Origin: an uncultured Gammaproteobacteria bacterium
GTDB lineage: Bacteria > Patescibacteriota > Microgenomatia > UBA8517
Reading direction: 5' to 3'
Assembly (NCBI GenBank): GCA_964583105.1
Contig: CAZOUV010000001.1
Span: forward strand, 65,617 to 129,616
Length of the DNA: 64,000 nt
The stretch's first letter is position 1, and each line of letters opens with the position of its first letter. A program made the translations under genes and the position numbers. The notes beneath the pieces were generated by a model, which was not told the DNA's origin, made no database searches, and saw only the letters and a program-made list of their open reading frames with translations. Shown here in pieces: positions 57,797 to 64,000 of this stretch.

Positions 57797-58894
57797 ATGA
57801 TTCCTCTTGTTGATGTCGGAAGGTTGCATAAACCCTTAAGAAAAGAGATTGATGCTGCCATCAAAAAAGTGATTGATTCTTCACAGTTTGTTTTTGGAGA
57901 AGATTTATCAAAATTTGAATCTGAATTTGCAAAATATTGCGATTGTAAATACGCACTTGGCGTAGGAAACGGCGGCGATGCATTAAGACTTGCGATTTTG
58001 GCTTTGGGAATAGGTCCGGGTGATGAAGTTATTTCCGTAGCCAATACTTTTACAGCAACCATAGACTGCGTTATCCATGCAGGAGCAAAACCGGTTTTGG
58101 TGGATTGTGACGAATACTTCAATATAGATGTAGATCAAATAGAAAAGGCAATTACTAAAAAAACCAAAGCTATTATCCCTGTTCATCTTTATGGTCAACC
58201 GGCCAGAATGGATAAAATTATGAAAATTGCTAAAAAGTATAAGTTATTTGTTATAGAGGATTGCGCACAGGCCCATGGAGCGGAACATATGGGTAAAAAA
58301 GTCGGATCTTTTGGGAATGTCGGTTGTTTTTCCTTTTATCCGGGGAAAAATTTGGGTGCAATGGGGGATGGGGGAATGCTTGTGACTAATAATAAATCTT
58401 TGTATAACAAACTTGAAAAATTAAGATTTTTCGGACAGGGAAAAAATAAGTATCATCATGAATTCGTTGGTTTTAATTCAAGATTGGATAATATCCAGGC
58501 TGCCATATTAAGAATAAAACTGAAATACCTTGATAAATGGAATATTCAAAGAAAAGAAATAGTTAAAACTTATAACAAACTTCTTGATGGGGTTGTTGAA
58601 ACTCCCAAAGAAATTAAAGACGCAAAACATGTATATCACCTCTATGTAGTAAAAACCCCAAAAAGAGACGGACTTCTTGAATACCTTGCCAAGAATAATA
58701 TTTTTGCAGGTATTCATTATCCGATTCCGCTTCATCTTCTTGATGCACATAAAAAATTACAATACAAAAATGGAGATTTCCCATCATCCGAGAAAAATGC
58801 AAAGACAATAATTTCTCTTCCCGTTTTTCCAGGAATGAGTAAAAGTGAGATTAAAGAAGTGTCTACCTCAATCAAAAAATTTCTTGTCAAATGA
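57797..58894 (+). CDS. DegT/DnrJ/EryC1/StrS-family sugar aminotransferase (PLP-dependent)
   Basis: ATG at 57797 (TTG 57683 upstream in frame); '[14 protein letters not shown]', '[14 protein letters not shown]', '[16 protein letters not shown]' (Lys for PLP). Confidence 0.85.
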   Translation: MIPLVDVGRLHKPLRKEIDAAIKKVIDSSQFVFGEDLSKFESEFAKYCDCKYALGVGNGGDALRLAILALGIGPGDEVISVANTFTATIDCVIHAGAKPVLVDCDEYFNIDVDQIEKAITKKTKAIIPVHLYGQPARMDKIMKIAKKYKLFVIEDCAQAHGAEHMGKKVGSFGNVGCFSFYPGKNLGAMGDGGMLVTNNKSLYNKLEKLRFFGQGKNKYHHEFVGFNSRLDNIQAAILRIKLKYLDKWNIQRKEIVKTYNKLLDGVVETPKEIKDAKHVYHLYVVKTPKRDGLLEYLAKNNIFAGIHYPIPLHLLDAHKKLQYKNGDFPSSEKNAKTIISLPVFPGMSKSEIKEVSTSIKKFLVK

Positions 58895-61068
58895 AGATTC
58901 TTCGGATCACAAAAAAAAAGTATTTATTGGTAGCAATCTTATTGGTGTCTGCAATTCTTCGTTTTGTTGCTGTAAAACCGGGATATAATCCATACCATGG
59001 AGATGAAACTGCGATATGGGGAAGCGCTTCGGTAATGGTTAAGGAAGATACATTAGATCCCGGAAGATATGATTATCCCGGAACCGCTGCTACTATTAAT
59101 GCCTTCTTTTATAAATTTGTTTTTATCCCTCTTTCTTGGACAAAATTTACCCTTAGTAATTTTTGGGATATCGTAGATGGAAAGATAAAAATTCCGCTCA
59201 TCGAGAAAGAAAAGGATAAAATATTTGCAACACAAATAATAGGAGAAAGGGAAATAAACTCACTTTTTTGGTCAAGGTATATAACGGCGGCTTTTGGTGT
59301 AGGAACCGTATTTTTGATTTACCTTTTAGGAAAAAAAATGTTCTCCGAGGATATTGGTCTTTTGACATCATTATTTTTGGCATTTAATTATAAAAACGTA
59401 GTAAATTCTCATTTAGTGCTCCCAGATATTTACAATGCATTCTTTTTCATTCTTGCTATGATTGCATTTTGGAATTTGTATAAAAACAGTTCCGCAAAGA
59501 ATTATCTTTTGGCTGGGATTGCTGCAGGAATTTCATTCAGTGTTAAATATCAATCTTTCGTATTTTTACCGTTGCTTTTGATCCATCTAGCGATAAGTTT
59601 TAAAAACGGTTTTAGTCTGAAAAAACTTTTTGGCATTTATGCAATCGTTTCCGCATTTTCCATAATTCTTATTTTTCTTATTACGAATCCTTATTTTTTT
59701 ATAAACATAGAATATGTTTTTACCAAAATGAATGAAGAGTTTATAAAATATGGGATGGGAACAAATACTCTTAATCTTTTTCCTTATTCATACCTTTATC
59801 ATATTGATTATGGTCCAGTATTGTCTTTTATTGTGATATTGGGAACGTTGTCGGCAGTTTTTAAAGATAAATTCAAGAGTGTATTTTTACTTTCGGCAAT
59901 TGTCCCAGCATTTTATCTTTTCATATACTATTCAAGAGGTGGTTTCTACATAAGAAACTTTATTCCTTTGACACCGTTTCTTTTTCTTTTTGCTTCTAAC
60001 TTAATTTGCACCACAAAATTAAAAAAATGGTTTATTTCGATTCCTTTGATTATTCTTGCCATATATATCCCTGCCAAGAATTCGATAATCAGCTCTTATT
60101 GGTATACAAAACCATGGGGATATGAAATATTATCGAAGTGGCTAAAAGATCATATACCCAATGATGCGAAAATAGCATCCCACCCTTTTGACAGGTCTAT
60201 TTTGGCCGTTAAAACTAAAACTACGGAATTTTCTCCAAACGAAGCATTTTCCCTAATGGAACACAAGGAAAACGGTGCAGAATATGTGGTTGAGAATCTT
60301 GCATGGGCATCACTGCCTTTCTATTTTTGGATGAATTACAACTTAAATGAAGTAAACATTTTGTGGAATAAACCCGTTGATATTATGAGAAATACTTTTC
60401 ATGGTCTTGCTGCGGAAGAAATGCTGCGCTATATGATTTTTGCAAACGACAGATCTTGGCAAAGTCCTGATATGTTTTTTGTAATGGTCAAACTTCCCGA
60501 TTGGCCAAAAACCGAAATGAAAGAGATTGCGAAATTTGACTTTAATCAAAATTATCAAGATTGGAAAAACTATGGTGGATCAGGACAGGCAAAATTTACG
60601 TACGAGAATGATATGATATCTTTTTCGCCCGGGGGAGAAAGATACCCAAATGTAAGAATAACATCTCCATTAATAAACATTAAATCCGGACATCTTTATA
60701 ATATTGAAGGATTTATTAAGACTGAGAAAATTCTCAATTCCAAGGAACGGGAAGGATTTTTAAGAATTGATTTTTGGACTGACAATCCAGATTTAAATAA
60801 AACTGGCATAATATCCAGTGTCTCTTCAAGGGTCTACGGAACTGATAATTGGATCAAAAAAGAAATATTCGAAAGAGCACCCGAAAATGCGAAATATCTG
60901 ACTGTTAGTTTTCAAGTCTATTCGACTTCGGTTACAAAAATTTTGTTTGATAATATATCCATTAAGGAGTCTTTTTCGCCCGTCGAAAATATTACTAAAA
61001 AAGAACCATATATCAACAAGAAAATTGATTTAAACTTCCTTTATCCCAATTCGCACGGAAATTTATAA
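58891..61068 (+). CDS. GT-C membrane glycosyltransferase (PMT/ArnT-like) with C-terminal carbohydrate-binding-module-like domain
   Basis: '[16 protein letters not shown]' DE motif; ~12 TM; C-terminal ~180 aa jelly-roll-like ('[13 protein letters not shown]...[23 protein letters not shown]'); A9 tract in codons 7-9. Confidence 0.55.
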   Translation: MKILRITKKKYLLVAILLVSAILRFVAVKPGYNPYHGDETAIWGSASVMVKEDTLDPGRYDYPGTAATINAFFYKFVFIPLSWTKFTLSNFWDIVDGKIKIPLIEKEKDKIFATQIIGEREINSLFWSRYITAAFGVGTVFLIYLLGKKMFSEDIGLLTSLFLAFNYKNVVNSHLVLPDIYNAFFFILAMIAFWNLYKNSSAKNYLLAGIAAGISFSVKYQSFVFLPLLLIHLAISFKNGFSLKKLFGIYAIVSAFSIILIFLITNPYFFINIEYVFTKMNEEFIKYGMGTNTLNLFPYSYLYHIDYGPVLSFIVILGTLSAVFKDKFKSVFLLSAIVPAFYLFIYYSRGGFYIRNFIPLTPFLFLFASNLICTTKLKKWFISIPLIILAIYIPAKNSIISSYWYTKPWGYEILSKWLKDHIPNDAKIASHPFDRSILAVKTKTTEFSPNEAFSLMEHKENGAEYVVENLAWASLPFYFWMNYNLNEVNILWNKPVDIMRNTFHGLAAEEMLRYMIFANDRSWQSPDMFFVMVKLPDWPKTEMKEIAKFDFNQNYQDWKNYGGSGQAKFTYENDMISFSPGGERYPNVRITSPLINIKSGHLYNIEGFIKTEKILNSKEREGFLRIDFWTDNPDLNKTGIISSVSSRVYGTDNWIKKEIFERAPENAKYLTVSFQVYSTSVTKILFDNISIKESFSPVENITKKEPYINKKIDLNFLYPNSHGNL

Positions 61069-61069
61069 T

Positions 61070-62452
61070 ATGACATTTATATCTATTCAATTTGTAATTT
61101 TTTTTCTTATTGTCTCCTTTCTCTATTTTCTGATCCCCTATAAATTTAGATGGCTTCTTTTACTTATTGCAGGAATAATTTTTTACATAAGTTTTATTCC
61201 TGTTTACGTTTTGTTTTTGTTTTTTCTGATAATTGTTGACTACTTGGCGGCCATATTTATTTCAAAATCAAAAGGTAAGAGAAGGATAGTATTTTTGTTC
61301 GTTAGCATACTTTCAACTTTAAGCGCTCTTTTTATTTTTAAATACTATAATTTCTTTGTTGTAAATTTCGAAAGTTTTATTAGATTTTGGGATTGGAATT
61401 ATAGTCCTAAGCTTTTGAAATTTGCGCTTCCCGTTGGATTGTCCTTTCATACTTTTCAGAGCCTTGCCTATGTTATTGAGGTTTATAGAAAGAAACAAAA
61501 AGTAGAGAAACATTTGGGAATATATGCGCTATACGTAATGTTTTATCCCCAACTTATGGCGGGACCAATTGAAAGACCGGGACATATGCTTCCTCAATTT
61601 AGAAAAAAACATTATTTTGAATATGAACGGGTAGTCAGGGGTTTAAGGTTGATGCTTTGGGGAGCGTTTCAAAAAGTGGTAATTGCAGATCAGGCGGCAA
61701 AGGTCGTCAATTATGTTTACGGAGGAGCACACCTTCATAACGGTTTAAGTTTAATTATTGCAACAATACTTTTTACTTTTCAGATATTTTGTGATTTTGA
61801 TGGTTACACTAATATTGCAAGGGGTGCCGCAAGGGTGATGGGGTTTGAACTTATATTAAACTTCAAAAGACCGTATTTGGCAGAAACTTTTAAGGATTTC
61901 TGGCATAGATGGCACATTTCTCTTTCTTCCTGGTTTAGAGATTATATTTATATTCCTTTAGGTGGAAGCAGGGTGGGATATTTAAGACTTGTTTTTAATA
62001 TAATGGTCACCTTCGTTCTAAGTGGACTTTGGCACGGAGCCAATTGGACATTTATTGTTTGGGGAGCTCTTCATGGAATCTTCCTTGTCCTTTTCAGCGA
62101 CAGACTTAAATCCAAACTTTTGGTTTTTTTGTTTGTAACATTTGCCTGGATATTTTTCAGGGCAGAGAGTATGGATGTTGCTATCCACATAATAAAAAAT
62201 CTGTTTAATCGTTGGTCTCTGGAGATTATGGGCGGAAAGTTCTTGGATATGAAATTAATCAATTGGATAATTCTTCTTGCAAGTATTTTTGTAATGTTTG
62301 TTATACACAAAATACAGGAAAGAAAAAGTATCCAAAAAATATTTGAAAATAGACCTGCTTTTTCAAGGTGGGTAGTTTATTATGCCGTTCTTATTTTAAT
62401 TTTGGCATTTTCGTTTAGGGGTAGAGAACATTTTATTTATTTCCAGTTTTAA
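61070..62452 (+). CDS. MBOAT-family membrane-bound O-acyltransferase (AlgI/DltB-like)
   Basis: 'FWHRWHISLSSWFRDYIYIPLGG' with the invariant His; ~10 TM. Confidence 0.85.
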   Translation: MTFISIQFVIFFLIVSFLYFLIPYKFRWLLLLIAGIIFYISFIPVYVLFLFFLIIVDYLAAIFISKSKGKRRIVFLFVSILSTLSALFIFKYYNFFVVNFESFIRFWDWNYSPKLLKFALPVGLSFHTFQSLAYVIEVYRKKQKVEKHLGIYALYVMFYPQLMAGPIERPGHMLPQFRKKHYFEYERVVRGLRLMLWGAFQKVVIADQAAKVVNYVYGGAHLHNGLSLIIATILFTFQIFCDFDGYTNIARGAARVMGFELILNFKRPYLAETFKDFWHRWHISLSSWFRDYIYIPLGGSRVGYLRLVFNIMVTFVLSGLWHGANWTFIVWGALHGIFLVLFSDRLKSKLLVFLFVTFAWIFFRAESMDVAIHIIKNLFNRWSLEIMGGKFLDMKLINWIILLASIFVMFVIHKIQERKSIQKIFENRPAFSRWVVYYAVLILILAFSFRGREHFIYFQF

Positions 62453-63607
62453 ATGAGAAAAGAAAAAAAAGAAGTTAAAAATTTTTTATTGAAGTTTCTG
62501 GTTTTTTCCTTTCCTATTCTTTTGGTTGTGGGATACATAGTTTATACAGGACTTGTTCTTCCTGTTGATTATTTTACTTTTAGGGCTTGGGAGGCATTAA
62601 GTGTTTACAAAAAGAACGATATTTTATCTGGTCCATTTTACCCCAACATGCATTTGACTAAAACGGAATTGGGGGATTTGTCAGGGCTTTCAAAATATCC
62701 TGTCGCAAAAGAAGTTGAGTGGTATACGGATAAATATGGATATAGAATAAAAAATTATAAAGATAGAAATTACCAAATAGTCATTATTGGAGACTCAAGT
62801 ATTGCTGGATCAGCATTAACTCAAGACAAAACAATTTCCGAAATAATATATCAAAAAACAGGTTTGGGAGTTTATCCTTATGCCCCCTCCAACTTTAATA
62901 ATTATTTAAAAGAAAAACGTTTCAAAGATAATCCTCCTAAAATAGTGGTTATTGGATCTGTGGAGAAGCTGGTTTTGGGTATGTCTGAAGTTTTACCAAA
63001 AGAGGAGCTCGTTTCTAAAAATATTCCATGGTCTTCTTGGGGGATTGTCTCCTATTTTGCTATTATGGAAGACAGGCTTAAAAAAGATACTTTTGTAAAT
63101 TACATTCGAGCAAGATTTAAAGAAATACCGAGATACTTAAAAGAACCCGGTTTTAAACCCAGGAAACCAGGCGTTCTTACTATCGAAAATCCAGGTTTTG
63201 GATTAAGAAGTGAGATGGTTTTTTATTCGGAACCCGAGGCTTACTTTAAATTATGGAAGGAAAGTGAAATTAATAGGGTTGTTTTTGCACTTAATCAGTA
63301 TATAGAAGAATTGGCTAAAACAAGTACAAAACTTATTTTTATGCCTATTCCCAACAAGGAAAATATTTATTGGAGACAGGTTAAGGGTGGAATTTGGACA
63401 AACAATCTTAAAAGGTTGGTTGATAAAGCTAATGAATCGGGAATTGCAACTGTTGATTTATGGTCGGTATATAATAGCTTGTACAATAAAAATCCAGACA
63501 GGCTTTTATACCATACGGACGATACGCATTGGAATGAGTATGGGGTAGATGTTGCCAGCGATAAATTAATTGAGAAGATAAATGAAATTAGTAAAGAAAA
63601 TAATTGA
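62453..63607 (+). CDS. AlgX/AlgJ/DltD-like SGNH-type acyltransferase partner of the MBOAT
   Basis: N-terminal TM anchor, 'VIIGDSSIAGS' GDS block, 'HTDDTHWNEYG' DxxH block; directly follows the MBOAT gene. Confidence 0.6.
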   Translation: MRKEKKEVKNFLLKFLVFSFPILLVVGYIVYTGLVLPVDYFTFRAWEALSVYKKNDILSGPFYPNMHLTKTELGDLSGLSKYPVAKEVEWYTDKYGYRIKNYKDRNYQIVIIGDSSIAGSALTQDKTISEIIYQKTGLGVYPYAPSNFNNYLKEKRFKDNPPKIVVIGSVEKLVLGMSEVLPKEELVSKNIPWSSWGIVSYFAIMEDRLKKDTFVNYIRARFKEIPRYLKEPGFKPRKPGVLTIENPGFGLRSEMVFYSEPEAYFKLWKESEINRVVFALNQYIEELAKTSTKLIFMPIPNKENIYWRQVKGGIWTNNLKRLVDKANESGIATVDLWSVYNSLYNKNPDRLLYHTDDTHWNEYGVDVASDKLIEKINEISKENN

Positions 63608-64000
63608 TTTTTTAAGTAAGCATTATTGGGTTTTTATTCTTGTTGTTGTTTTAATTTCCTACGGACAGCTTATATTTATGTTTCCCTGGCAGGATGATCA
63701 CGCCCTAATGTTTAAGCTGGCAAACATCGAGGGAAGAGCTGGGTATTTAGGAACCGGTCTTTTCGGAGAAGGGCCATATAAATATACGGCATTTTATCTT
63801 TACTCTATTTATCGTCTTTTTGGGTTTAGCACAGTATTGTTTTTCCTCGAATCTTTGATTTTTTATTTTATTGCCGCATTTTTTGTTTACAAAGTTTTTT
63901 CAAAAATACTTGATGAAAAGACTGGTAAAATTGCGGGATTTATTTTTGCCTGTGGGTATATTGCAAATGACGGATTTGTAAGACTTTATAATTCGGTAGG
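63582..64000 (+). CDS. 5' part of a polytopic membrane protein, 'QDD'-family-related (runs off the window)
   Basis: 'MKLVKKIIDF...LVVVLISYGQLIFMFPWQDDHALMFKLAN' with the same F-x-QDD motif after TM1; no stop before the window end. Confidence 0.45.
   Translation, partial: MKLVKKIIDFLSKHYWVFILVVVLISYGQLIFMFPWQDDHALMFKLANIEGRAGYLGTGLFGEGPYKYTAFYLYSIYRLFGFSTVLFFLESLIFYFIAAFFVYKVFSKILDEKTGKIAGFIFACGYIANDGFVRLYNSV

Noticed and set aside
1-64000. CRISPR arrays, tRNA/rRNA genes, IS elements/transposases, integrases or phage genes
   Set aside because: None seen: no direct repeat-spacer periodicity, no intergenic space longer than ~50 nt, and no ORF with transposase/integrase/nuclease motifs. The paralog arrays are diverged gene duplications, not mobile-element repeats.
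1-64000. Alternative genetic code (e.g. UGA recoding as in some CPR lineages)
   Set aside because: ORFs with full-length conserved domains terminate at TGA as well as TAA/TAG with ATGA-type overlaps (e.g. 4975, 10347, 30047, 37980). Standard code 11 explains the gene structure.

Overview
This is an AT-rich (~33-36% GC) bacterial window, with some TTG/GTG starts and standard stops, that is almost wall-to-wall coding (~58 CDS, many with 4-14 nt ATGA-type overlaps). Nearly every gene belongs to one cell-surface glycosylation super-locus. I found no rRNA, tRNA, CRISPR, transposase, integrase or phage genes.

Gene content, by class:
- About 20 large polytopic membrane proteins with GT-C-like architecture (N-terminal multi-TM core with an acidic DE/DD/WD loop motif, often a C-terminal extracytoplasmic domain), in at least five sequence families:
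 - PMT/ArnT-like (GT39/GT83-like), about 11 copies, including five in tandem at 24177-32972.
 - A family with the motif 'F-x-QDD[LF]', three in tandem at 12701-17727 plus copies at 38698 and 63582.
 - A pair sharing 'GHDG-x-WHIAL' at 3263 and, on the minus strand, 22320.
 - A tandem pair with an 'H[SP]D' motif at 17724 and 18986.
 - One PIG-V-like (GT76-like) protein at 35567.
- About 14 GT2 glycosyltransferases. Several are short, soluble and DPM1-like; one (48112-49020, minus strand) is clearly GtrB/ArnC-like, i.e. a polyprenol-phosphate sugar synthase that would supply lipid-linked monosaccharide donors to the GT-C enzymes.
- Four GT4 glycosyltransferases and two Wzx-type flippases.
- A dTDP-sugar tailoring cassette: RfbB, a cupin isomerase/epimerase, a Zn-ribbon C-methyltransferase, a DegT-type aminotransferase and a cupin-methyltransferase fusion.
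- Four further SAM methyltransferases, an SDR, an NAD-dependent epimerase, a MazG-like NTP pyrophosphohydrolase, and a terminal MBOAT + AlgX/AlgJ/DltD-like (SGNH-type, GDS and DxHW motifs) O-acylation pair.

What looks novel is the density and paralogous expansion of GT-C enzymes: about 38 glycosyltransferase genes in 64 kb, several families with motifs I cannot place in named families, an archaeal/eukaryote-flavoured polyprenol-P-sugar / PMT / PIG-V logic, and predicted synthesis of a C-methylated amino-deoxy sugar. A classical initiating phosphoglycosyltransferase, Wzy, Wzz, WaaL and RfbA/C/D are absent from the window. The organism is plausibly a small-genome Patescibacteria/CPR-like bacterium; this is inference from composition, start-codon usage and gene content only. 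All family assignments are from motif recognition by eye; no database search was run.
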